Positions 9,250 to 17,408 of a DNA stretch of 64,000 nt are shown here, piece by piece (position 1 is the stretch's first letter; every line of letters starts with the position of its first letter). The DNA lies in the NCBI GenBank assembly GCA_021793215.1, contig JAJYTE010000005.1:25593-89592 (forward strand), given 5' to 3'. The notes below the pieces were generated by a model that did no database searches, was not told the origin of the DNA, and saw only the letters and a list, made by a program, of their open reading frames with translations. This stretch comes from Bacillota bacterium. GTDB taxonomy: Bacteria; Bacillota; Sulfobacillia; JAJZYS01; JAJYTV01. The position numbers and the translations under genes are program-made.

Positions 9250-10221
9250 GTGGCAGAGCAGTTGCGCCAACCGGTCGAGGTGCGCCAAAAGTTTCGCCGG
9301 CTGATCGCGGAGTCCGAGAAGCAACGTCGTCATGCGGCCGCGGAACGCGTGAGGGACAGCGTGCCCCTGCTCGGCGCACTGCTCGGACCGATCGCGAACC
9401 TCGTGCTGTTCGACGAGGACCTGCGTCATGGCAACCGCGGGGACGACGGCGAAGGCGCGGTCGCCCGGGTTCTTCGTTCCCTGCCGAAGCACTGGCGTTT
9501 CCTGAATGACTTCGTCTTGGAACGACGGGAAAACGAGTTCATGCAGATCGACCACATCGCCGTCGGACCGTCCACGGTGGTGGTGATCGAGACGAAGAAG
9601 TGGCGTGGAGCGATCCTCGGCAAGGGAGACGCCTGGAAGGTGAAGTCGAAGGGCCGATGGCATTCAGTGGAGACGAGCCCGAGCAAGCAGGCGACGTGGC
9701 ATGCGAGCGCCATCCGCCGTCACCTGGCTTCCGCAGGGTTCGATGCCGATGTGGTGCCCCTCGTAGTGTTCGTCGAGCCGGACTGGCTGCGGGTCTACGG
9801 GTGCCCGTGCGCCGTCGTAGAGGGCGTCAGGGCGCTACGCCGCCATCTGCTGACGTTGGACCCAGGCGAACCCGAGGCGCCGGATGACTGCCGCCGGATC
9901 GCCGAGTTCCTGGCGACGGCGAAGGCGCTCGAAGGAGCGGCAGCGGGGCCGCCGATCACCGAACAGCCGACGCGGCCGGTGACCGCGTCCCCTTCTCTGA
10001 GGAAGCCCCCCTCGCCCGCTCCGCTAGGCCGAGGCGCCGCCACTGGCAAGCAGAGAGACTACGTGGAGCAGCTACTGCTCGCTGCCGGTCTGCGGCCGTC
10101 GAATGCCGGACTCGAATCACTGACGCGGGCGCAGGCGCAGTCGGTGATCGACCGACTGCGCTTCAAGCGGGACGTGCCGTTGCCGGCCGGCCTGACGGCG
10201 GATGGCGACGATGGGCCATGA
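9250..10221 (+). CDS. NERD (nuclease-related domain) protein with C-terminal DUF3072-like helical module
   Basis: NERD core (…FMQIDHIAVGPSTVVVIETKKWRG…). The C-terminal …GKQRDYVEQLLLAAGL…LTRAQAQSVIDRL… resembles the DUF3072 motif. Confidence 0.6.
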   Translation: MAEQLRQPVEVRQKFRRLIAESEKQRRHAAAERVRDSVPLLGALLGPIANLVLFDEDLRHGNRGDDGEGAVARVLRSLPKHWRFLNDFVLERRENEFMQIDHIAVGPSTVVVIETKKWRGAILGKGDAWKVKSKGRWHSVETSPSKQATWHASAIRRHLASAGFDADVVPLVVFVEPDWLRVYGCPCAVVEGVRALRRHLLTLDPGEPEAPDDCRRIAEFLATAKALEGAAAGPPITEQPTRPVTASPSLRKPPSPAPLGRGAATGKQRDYVEQLLLAAGLRPSNAGLESLTRAQAQSVIDRLRFKRDVPLPAGLTADGDDGP

Positions 10222-10259
10222 GGCGTGCGATGCCGAAGGCGACCCGCCTACTCGAAAGG

Positions 10260-11318
10260 TCACGGCGTGCGTCCTGCCGCGTAGCGGAGCAGTGGTGGCC
10301 AGAACCCTTTGTCCTCGGATCCGATGTACCAGAGGGAGACGCCGTGCACGTCGTAGCGCTGGGCGAGCCGTAGGAGCGGCGCAAGGCTGCGGGCGTTCTC
10401 GTAGTGCACTTCGTGGCGGGCTCCCCGGGGGTCCGTGTAGGCGTACCACGGCGAGGAGGAAACCTGGTCCCACCTCGGCACGATATGCAGGCGACCGAGT
10501 TCCTGGTCGGTCTGCGGGAGTGTGAGCTGGCCCGTCTGCGTGCCGTACCAGTCGTAGCCGTACGCCGGTATCCCCAAGAGTATCTTGTCGACCGGGATGT
10601 AGGCGACCGCATAGCGCAGCGCGGACTCGACCCAAGGGACGGGCGCCAAAGGTCCGGCGGGTCCACCGGGGTAGGAGTAGTCGTACGCCATCAGGTCGAC
10701 GCGGTCGACCGCACTGCCGATCGCGGCGAAATCGTACCCGCCATCCCACGTGTCGGACGGCGTGCGCGCCGGCAGATCGACTGTCAGCGTCTTGCCGATG
10801 GCGTGAAGCCGCTGACGGAGGGCGGAGAGGAAGCCGACAAAGCGACTCGCGTCCTTGGGAGGATTCAGTTCGAAATCGACGTTGAGGCCCGAGTACGGAC
10901 CATGCCGCACGGCGCTCACGAGGTTCGTTTCCAAGGTGCGCGTCAGCGTCGCACTGCGAAGGATCGCGTCCAGTTCCCCGGCATCGAAGTCGCTTGTGCC
11001 GTAGTTCGAGACGCAGAGCTGCGCCCGGATGCGGTGGGTGCGTACGAACGAAATGGCCCAAGCGGGCACCTGCACCTCCACACCTGCGCTCGGGGTGATG
11101 CTGCCAGCGTCGAACGTCACCGACTCCCATGCGTTCGCTGTGCGCATCCAGTCCCGCGCGGACGCCCCGTTGTCGTAGAAGACAACGTACCCCGTGAGCG
11201 CATGTCGGGGTGCGGCATGCGCCGCGCAAGAGGGCAGGAGCGCGCCGGCGACCGCAACGAAGCCGATCGCCCATCGTCTTCCCGAGAACGGTGATGGCAT
11301 GTCGCGACGATTCGACAT
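10260..11318 (-). CDS. secreted glycoside hydrolase family 18-like protein (YaaH/YdhD-like chitinase-fold)
   Basis: Signal peptide MSNRRDM…RRWAIGFVAVAGALLPSCAAHA. GH18 motif region …GLNVDFE… retains the catalytic Glu but is atypical upstream. (Y/W)-rich barrel segments (MAYDYSYPGG; YGYDWYG). Confidence 0.6.
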   Translation of the reverse strand: MSNRRDMPSPFSGRRWAIGFVAVAGALLPSCAAHAAPRHALTGYVVFYDNGASARDWMRTANAWESVTFDAGSITPSAGVEVQVPAWAISFVRTHRIRAQLCVSNYGTSDFDAGELDAILRSATLTRTLETNLVSAVRHGPYSGLNVDFELNPPKDASRFVGFLSALRQRLHAIGKTLTVDLPARTPSDTWDGGYDFAAIGSAVDRVDLMAYDYSYPGGPAGPLAPVPWVESALRYAVAYIPVDKILLGIPAYGYDWYGTQTGQLTLPQTDQELGRLHIVPRWDQVSSSPWYAYTDPRGARHEVHYENARSLAPLLRLAQRYDVHGVSLWYIGSEDKGFWPPLLRYAAGRTP

Positions 11319-11375
11319 CGGCCCGGTGCGACCTCTCTCCCCCGACGTACCGTCACGATCACGGGGTTCGGCCCC

Positions 11376-11453
11376 GTGCGCCACAGCGGGTAGAGTAGGG
11401 GTTGCCGTGGTAGAGCCGTTCCATGTACCGGTTGACCTTTAGGCACAGGTAGC
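11376..11453 (-). pseudogene. frameshifted fragment of a paralogous molybdopterin oxidoreductase gene (encodes …YLCLKVNRYMERLYH…)
   Basis: ~87% nucleotide identity to 8790..8868, inside the intact gene and in the same orientation. Core differences are synonymous. A 1-nt deletion after LYH breaks the frame. Confidence 0.55.
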
Positions 11454-11638
11454 GTTCCACCCGCTTGCGCAGACGCCCTTCCCCGCCTCGGATGGGCAAG
11501 CCTGGGCAGGGCTTGGCGCACGACAGCCCTCTACGCGTTTCGCAACGGTTCTGGCGGACGTCCACCGGATGGGGCGAGATGGACTGTGCGTTCATGACGC
11601 TTGCACCCCATCCGCTTCCGGACGCTGACGCGGCGCCG

Positions 11639-13126
11639 TCACGCAGAGGCGGGAGTCGTCTTGCCGCGAAGCACCGAGAGGATTGCGGCCACCACCGAGA
11701 GGATCGCGGAAACGGTGAAGGCCTCGCCGAGCCCATGGCTGAACGCGGCGTGGCCGATGGCGTGTGCGCTGACGTCTACGCCAGCGAGGAACCCCGCCAG
11801 TTGGCCCGCACCCATGGTCGTCGAGAGGATCGCGAAGGACATCGCCATCGAGAAGAGCTGCCCAGCGTTGAGCAGCAGGGTGCGGGTACTCGACGCGACC
11901 CCTCGTCGATCCGCGGGCACCGCCCCCATCACGGCGCTGGTGTTGGGCGAGTTGAAGAGGCCATTGCCGATGCCAGCGAGTAGGAGGGCGATGGCGATGG
12001 GCAGGTAGGGTCCGGTCAAGGGGATGCGGGCCAGAAGTGCCAGGGCGATGGCGGAGACCACGAGGCCGCCGGATGAGAGTTCCCGGGACCCGAGCCGGTC
12101 CGAGAGCCAGCCCGCGATCGGACCGACGATCATAATCGAGAAGCTCAACGGCAGGAGCATCACCCCTGCGATGAGCGGTGACGCACCCCGCAGCCCCTGG
12201 AACGCGAAGGTGACGAGGAACAGCAGGGCGCCGCGGGCGAGGGCGTTCAGCAGCAGAGAAGTGTTGCCGAAGGTGAAGATGCGGATCCTGAAGAGACGCA
12301 GGTCCACCAGCGGGTACCGTCGGGTGCTCTCATAGAGGGCGAACGCGATGAGGCTCAGACCTCCCGCCGCGAACAACCAGGGGTCGAACGGGTTGCCGCC
12401 CTGGATGACGAAGGTGAGGCCCAAGAGCGCGAGCAGGATGCCTCCGACGAACAGCGCCATGCCACCGGCGTCGAACGGCTCACCCTGGTCAATCGTCGCG
12501 ATCTCCTTGAGGGCGGTGAACGTCCAGATCGCGCCAAACGCGCCGATCGGCAGGTTGACGAAGAAGATCCAGCGCCAACCGAGCGTGGCGGTAATGATGC
12601 CTCCGAGGACGAGTCCGAACACGCTGCCTGAGAGTCCCGCCACCTGGTTGATGCCAAGCGCGAACCCTCTGCCGCGCCGCGGGAAGGCGTCGGTCACGAT
12701 GGCTTGCGAGTTGCACCAGAGCATGGCCGCGCCGACGCCCTGGATGAGCCGGCTGGAGAGCAGGAAGACGCCGCTACCGCTGAATCCGCACAGCGCAGAC
12801 GCAGCTGCGAAGACGATGAAGCCCATGCCGTACATGCGTACCCTGCCGTGCGTGTCCGACAGGCGTCCCAAGGGCAGCAGCAGGGTGGTGATCACGACCG
12901 TGTAGCCCATCATGATCCAGAGCATGAGGGCGACGCCCGTATGCAAGTCCCGGGCGATCGTAGGTAGGCTGACGGTGAGGATCGAGCCGTCCAAAGACGA
13001 CATGAAGGCGCCGATCGTAGTGTTGATGAGGACGATGCGTTGGTGCCGGGCCACCTCCGGGATCAGGGAGAATGAACTCTCCTGCAGCGCGTGCTCCAAA
13101 AAAGGTAGCCTCCTAGGACATTTCAC
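11639..13126 (-). CDS. MFS transporter, DHA2 (EmrB/QacA, 14-TMS) family
   Basis: 495 aa with ~14 TM segments and an MFS signature region (…LPLGRLSDTHGRVRMY…). Confidence 0.8.
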   Translation of the reverse strand: MKCPRRLPFLEHALQESSFSLIPEVARHQRIVLINTTIGAFMSSLDGSILTVSLPTIARDLHTGVALMLWIMMGYTVVITTLLLPLGRLSDTHGRVRMYGMGFIVFAAASALCGFSGSGVFLLSSRLIQGVGAAMLWCNSQAIVTDAFPRRGRGFALGINQVAGLSGSVFGLVLGGIITATLGWRWIFFVNLPIGAFGAIWTFTALKEIATIDQGEPFDAGGMALFVGGILLALLGLTFVIQGGNPFDPWLFAAGGLSLIAFALYESTRRYPLVDLRLFRIRIFTFGNTSLLLNALARGALLFLVTFAFQGLRGASPLIAGVMLLPLSFSIMIVGPIAGWLSDRLGSRELSSGGLVVSAIALALLARIPLTGPYLPIAIALLLAGIGNGLFNSPNTSAVMGAVPADRRGVASSTRTLLLNAGQLFSMAMSFAILSTTMGAGQLAGFLAGVDVSAHAIGHAAFSHGLGEAFTVSAILSVVAAILSVLRGKTTPASA

Positions 13127-13346
13127 ATTCTAACATACTGACCCTTCGACAAAGACCGCTCGTGCTCGCGGCCCACACGGGCCCCCTTGGGTTCGCGGCG
13201 AACATCCGGCTGGACAAGCCCCATCCAACACAGGGGCGGCCTCTGCCCATTGCCTCGGGACCGGGATTCGCAGGGTGGTCACATTGTTCTGTAAACTGCG
13301 TACACTGCCAGGGGTAGCACCCCAAAACCGCAGTGGAGGGCTTTTT

Positions 13347-13789
13347 ATGTGGGCCGAGACCCGTAGCACCCAGACATCGAGCTCGGACCCGACGTTCGCG
13401 CAACTGCTCGAGGAATCCATTCAGGATGAACTGTCCAGTTCTACGCCAACATCGCGAACGAAGCTCCCGATGCACTGTCGCGCATTCTCATCACGAGCAT
13501 CGTCGGCGACGAGTACGGCCACGCGCGCACGCAGGCCGCCCTGCTCCACAGCCTCAATCCGATTTCAGCGGGTGGAACACCCGTTCCCCCGCCGCCGAAC
13601 GTCGGCTACGTGGCGGACGTGCAGACGGCCATCGTCGGCGAAACCAACGCGGTGAACCGCTACGCCTACCTCGCCTCGATCGCCCCGAACCTGGAGATCC
13701 GAAACATCCTGACCTCCATCCTCGGCGACGAGTACGGCCACATTCGCACCTGGCTGGCGCTTCTCCAAAACGCCGCGACCAGCTGAAGA
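13347..13789 (+). pseudogene. ferritin-like/rubrerythrin-fold (CotJC-like, 2x DEYGH E-x-x-H motif) gene with apparent frameshift near 13425-13435
   Basis: Frame A 13347-~13430 gives MWAETRSTQTSSSDPTFAQLLEESIQDEL. Another frame from ~13428 gives …QFYANIANEAPDALSRILITSIVGDEYGHARTQAALLHSL…RNILTSILGDEYGHIRTWLALLQNAATS*. Restoring 1 nt joins them into one ~145-aa diiron-fold protein. Confidence 0.4.
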
Positions 13790-13808
13790 GCCGGACCCAT
13801 GGCGTAAA

Positions 13809-13850
13809 GAGTAGCGCCTGCCGCAAGAGCGGAAGGCGCTACTCTCTCAC
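13809..13850 (+). terminator. hairpin (10-bp perfect stem GAGTAGCGCC/GGCGCTACTC, 16-nt loop) downstream of ferritin-like gene
   Basis: Perfect inverted repeat 13809-13818 / 13835-13844. The 3' flank TCTCACC is only weakly U-rich. Confidence 0.35.
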
Positions 13851-14095
13851 CACCCCGCCGGCTGCCAGTGCGCGAGCTGATGCGGCTCCACCCGCGTGGA
13901 GTAGAAGACGAAAGATATCGTGCTTGCGACAGCCTCCGGCAGGACGCAACCGGTGTTGCGTTGGGGAGTTGGTGAAGCGGGCGTTCGCCCCAGCGGTCGA
14001 CGGCAGAGGCTCCTGCGGGCGAGTTACGGGGCGTCACGCTGTGGGCCATCGGACGAGGTAGGGACCAGCGCAAACAGGAAAGGGATCTCAGCGTC

Positions 14096-14494
14096 GTGAA
14101 CTTGATCGCCGATGGAGAACGAGGAGGCATCGTCATGGCCCACATCGATGTGGCTTCCGACAAGCTTGAGATCACCCTGAGCCTTGGTGACGAGATCCTC
14201 TCCCTGCACGGCGCATTCCATGTTCCCTACACGCACATCTCTTCCGTGTCCACCGATCGCGTGCCAGACGAGTGGTTCCGCGGCTTCAAGATCGGTACGA
14301 ACGTGCCAGGCGTGAAGACAGCCGGCACGTTCATCACCGGGGACGGCAGCATCTTCTACGACTTCCACAATCCCGAGCGGTGTCTCACCCTGAGCCTCAC
14401 CCACGAGACCTACCGACAGGTCGTAATCGAGGTGGACAAGGGTCAGGACCCTGAGACGCTCGCAGCCCAAATTCAGCAGCGTCTCAAGAGCTGA
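14096..14494 (+). CDS. hypothetical protein (possible bacterial PH-like fold)
   Basis: 132-aa ORF with a GTG start after AAAGGGA. Mixed beta-rich composition with a C-terminal helix. No family recognised. Confidence 0.35.
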   Translation: MNLIADGERGGIVMAHIDVASDKLEITLSLGDEILSLHGAFHVPYTHISSVSTDRVPDEWFRGFKIGTNVPGVKTAGTFITGDGSIFYDFHNPERCLTLSLTHETYRQVVIEVDKGQDPETLAAQIQQRLKS

Positions 14495-14506
14495 ACGTCG
14501 CCGGCT

Positions 14507-15769
14507 CTAGGCGCCGGCGACCTGCAGGTCCTCGAAGCGAACCTGGGCGGGACCGAAGTAGCCTTTGTCCTCCTCCGTCTCGCGCGAGAGCCGGCAGTTC
14601 GCGAGGGCCTCGAAGACGTTGCCCGTGACGCTTCCCTGGGCTACGGGGATGCGCTGCCCGTCCTTGTGCAGGTACCCCATCTTGATCTCCGCGGCGAACG
14701 AGCCGGTCATCGGGTCGGGCATGTTGGCCGAGAAGGCCAGGACCTCGAGCACCGGACCGCCTGTGTAGAGCTCCCTGGCCGGCGTCGTCCCGGGCTCCCA
14801 GACGAGACTTCCCAAGGGCCCGGTCGGCTCGGTGCCGAGGTAGGCGCCGAACTGCGGATCAACATGCATGTTGCGAATCACCCCGCCCTCGAGCAGCCGA
14901 AGCCGCCGGGAGGGCACGGTGGACGCGTCCGTCGGCGCAGACGCGATGCCGTAGGGCCGCAAGGGATCGCTCGAGATGCTGATCGCGTCGCCCCTCACTT
15001 CGATCAGTGCGTCGCCCACTTTCTTCTGCAGCATGCCGGTGACGACGTACTGCCCGTTGGTGTGGAGATCGATGGCGAAGAGCAGGGTCGCGAGTTCGCT
15101 TGCGGGCAGCACGACCGGCATGCGGCCGGTCGGTGGGAGAACCGCGCGGCTGCGATCGCGCACCGCCTGCAGTGCCCGCTCCAGCGCGGCCTCCGGCAGG
15201 AGCCTCTCGAGCAGGCGCGCCTCGCGCATGATCCGGAACTCGGTCGAGGCATCGCCCTCGCCGGCTGATACGACGAGGTCCAGTAGGAACTGGTCCCCCT
15301 GCCAGCGGTGGCTGCGTCCGTTCGACCCCGTGACGGTGGTGCGGCGTCGGCTGGAGAAGAGCTCCAGGTGCGCGGCCTTGGCGCCAGCCCGTTCGATCTC
15401 TGCGCGGACGCGCACCTGCCACGCCTCCAGCGCGTGGCGATCAGGAAGCTGCTCCGCCGACAGGTCGACCTCGGGGTAGTTCGCTGGGCCCTCCGGCAAA
15501 CGGTAGGGCGGGTTCAGGGCGAGAGACGCCGCGGTGAGCGCGGTGCGCACCCGTTCGCCGTCCCCCTCGTCTCCCGTCAGGTAGGCGGTCGCCGATCCCC
15601 GCTGGCCGTCGACATCGCGGTAGACCACGAGCTCGCGGTTCACGTCCTCGACCTGCCGCTCCGCGTGCAACGCGCCGAGACGCCAGTAGAGTTGCGTCTC
15701 CTCAGCCTCCGTGCTCGTGAGTACCCATTCGGCGGCGGCCTGCAGCTCCTCCGGGAGTCCGGTAATCAT
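14507..15769 (-). CDS. pmbA: PmbA/TldE-family metalloprotease partner subunit
   Basis: TldE/PmbA-like sequence. The ATG overlaps the tldD stop (ATGA), which argues for translational coupling. The ORF-track start at 16000 is too far upstream. Confidence 0.75.
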   Translation of the reverse strand: MITGLPEELQAAAEWVLTSTEAEETQLYWRLGALHAERQVEDVNRELVVYRDVDGQRGSATAYLTGDEGDGERVRTALTAASLALNPPYRLPEGPANYPEVDLSAEQLPDRHALEAWQVRVRAEIERAGAKAAHLELFSSRRRTTVTGSNGRSHRWQGDQFLLDLVVSAGEGDASTEFRIMREARLLERLLPEAALERALQAVRDRSRAVLPPTGRMPVVLPASELATLLFAIDLHTNGQYVVTGMLQKKVGDALIEVRGDAISISSDPLRPYGIASAPTDASTVPSRRLRLLEGGVIRNMHVDPQFGAYLGTEPTGPLGSLVWEPGTTPARELYTGGPVLEVLAFSANMPDPMTGSFAAEIKMGYLHKDGQRIPVAQGSVTGNVFEALANCRLSRETEEDKGYFGPAQVRFEDLQVAGA

Positions 15770-17061
15770 CCGAGCCTCGCGGTCATGCGAAGGTGCGGTC
15801 CACCCGTCCCGTTGGTCACCCATTCCTTCCATCCCTTCCCGCAGTGTCCCGGCCACATCGCGAAGTCGCTCGCGGCGGCGTCGATGCTGTGGAGCACGTC
15901 GGGCACGTAACCCGTCACCCCGATCGTGTGGTAGATCTTGCCGGTAAGACGGCCATCCCGAATCTCCTGGCCGTAGTGACAGGTGATCTGGAGGCCCCAA
16001 CTCCGCGGGTCTTCCATCCCGGACTCCACGCGCTCAAGGTAGACGCCCTGCGCAACTCCGGCGATCAACTCCTCGGGCGTGCTCTGTCCCCGCTGGAAGT
16101 ACGTGTTGGACATGCGCGGGTAGACCTTGCGCGTGAAGTCCTGGCGCCGGCCGTTGCCGCCGCTGGCGTGCAGGGTGGCTGCCGCGTCGGCGTCGGCAAG
16201 GCCGCCCACGAGCACGCCGCCGTCCAGGATGACGTGCGCCTTGGCCAAGCTGCCGTCATCATCGAAGGGGTACCCGCCGAAGCCGCCCTCGACAGTCGGG
16301 TCGTCGATGATCGTCGCGTGTTCACTTCCGACGCGTTGGCCGATGTAGCGCTGTGAGCGCGCCCGCTCCGACAGGAACAGATCCATCTCGACGCCGTGGC
16401 CGAACGCCTCGTGCGCGAGGACTCCCGACACCTCTGGCGCCGTCACCACACGGTAGGTGCCCGGTTCGACGGGCCCCGCCTCCAGGAGGCGCAGAGCCTG
16501 CTCGACCATCCCGTCGATCTCCGCCTCGTCGAGCTCGGTCACCTCAAACCCGCCGACCTCACCGCGGGAGACGTACTCGTACTCGCTGCGGCCCTCGCTA
16601 TGAACGACGATGTGCGCGGCGAAGTCTACCCGAGAGACGCGGGAGCGGCGATCGAACGCGTCGGTGGCAATGCGGGTCTCCTCCGTGGTCTCTTGGTAGC
16701 GCACCATCACCTGGACGACACGCGGATCCGTGCCCTGAAGCCGGTCCCGCAGCCGCAGCACCGTCTCGAGCTTCTCCTCGAGCGGTACGTTCGCCGTGGG
16801 TCTCAACCCGGTCCAGTCGAAGACCTCGACCGGGGCGCCACCCGGAGCCCATTCACTCCGCCAACCCGGCACGGCCCACTCGTGCTGCACACCGTCCCGC
16901 ACCTCGCGCACCACCGTGCCCTCGCGCGGAGGGTCCTGACGGATCTCGATCGTCGGACCCATCGCCGTGATCGCGAGACCGCTGCTGCGGGACATGGAGA
17001 CCCAACGACTTCTCACAGCTCCCTGCGCGGCCAGCTCGCGAAGGCCACTGCTACCCTCCAC
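15766..17061 (-). CDS. tldD: TldD-family metalloprotease
   Basis: HEAFGH motif and a Gly-rich C-terminal TldD/PmbA domain. The N-terminal boundary is uncertain. Confidence 0.8.
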   Translation of the reverse strand: MEGSSGLRELAAQGAVRSRWVSMSRSSGLAITAMGPTIEIRQDPPREGTVVREVRDGVQHEWAVPGWRSEWAPGGAPVEVFDWTGLRPTANVPLEEKLETVLRLRDRLQGTDPRVVQVMVRYQETTEETRIATDAFDRRSRVSRVDFAAHIVVHSEGRSEYEYVSRGEVGGFEVTELDEAEIDGMVEQALRLLEAGPVEPGTYRVVTAPEVSGVLAHEAFGHGVEMDLFLSERARSQRYIGQRVGSEHATIIDDPTVEGGFGGYPFDDDGSLAKAHVILDGGVLVGGLADADAAATLHASGGNGRRQDFTRKVYPRMSNTYFQRGQSTPEELIAGVAQGVYLERVESGMEDPRSWGLQITCHYGQEIRDGRLTGKIYHTIGVTGYVPDVLHSIDAAASDFAMWPGHCGKGWKEWVTNGTGGPHLRMTARLG

Positions 17062-17259
17062 CGTCGCTCACTCCTCGGCACGTCTGTCGCACGTCGCACG
17101 TTACCCAGGAAGCTTCTGCGGCGCCGTCGGGGAAGCCTCCCAGACAAACGTAGATTGGCCTTCCGGCCAATCTGGGCGCAGCAGGCCAACGCAAGTGGGT
17201 CGGAGCGTCGTGTGGCCGGAGAAGGGGTGCGTCTCCTCCGTAGGGAAGAAACGCACCCC

Positions 17260-17345
17260 TTGAGCATGGCGGGTCTCAACTGGTACAATCAATCCTACGG
17301 GCGGCGCTGTATATAGGTCAAAAGTTCCCTAATTACACTATACTA
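17260..17345 (+). promoter_or_regulatory. putative helD promoter region (extended -10 TGGTACAAT; AT-rich TATACT box)
   Basis: TGgTACAAT at 17283-17291 and TATACT at 17333-17338, within an unusually AT-rich stretch for this genome. They lie 70-120 nt upstream of the helD start. Confidence 0.35.
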
Positions 17346-17408
17346 GGTCGAAACTGCTCTGTCAAGTGCGTATTTGCACCGATTCCGATACCGGAGAGGG
17401 GGCTGCCC

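Noticed and set aside
10117-11274. 385-aa ORF on the minus strand (alternate frame over the GH18 gene), Arg/Pro/Gly-rich
   Set aside because: It overlaps the well-supported GH18 coding frame, which has a signal peptide and catalytic motif. The Arg-rich composition is typical of spurious frames in 70% GC DNA.
13333-14061. 242-aa plus-strand ORF spanning the ferritin-like region in a third frame
   Set aside because: It is extremely Arg-rich (RRRRVRPRAHAGR…). The same DNA encodes a clean ferritin-like protein in the adjacent frame.
16396-17316. 306-aa plus-strand ORF antisense to tldD
   Set aside because: It is antisense to tldD (HEAFGH motif in the accepted frame). No family resemblance.
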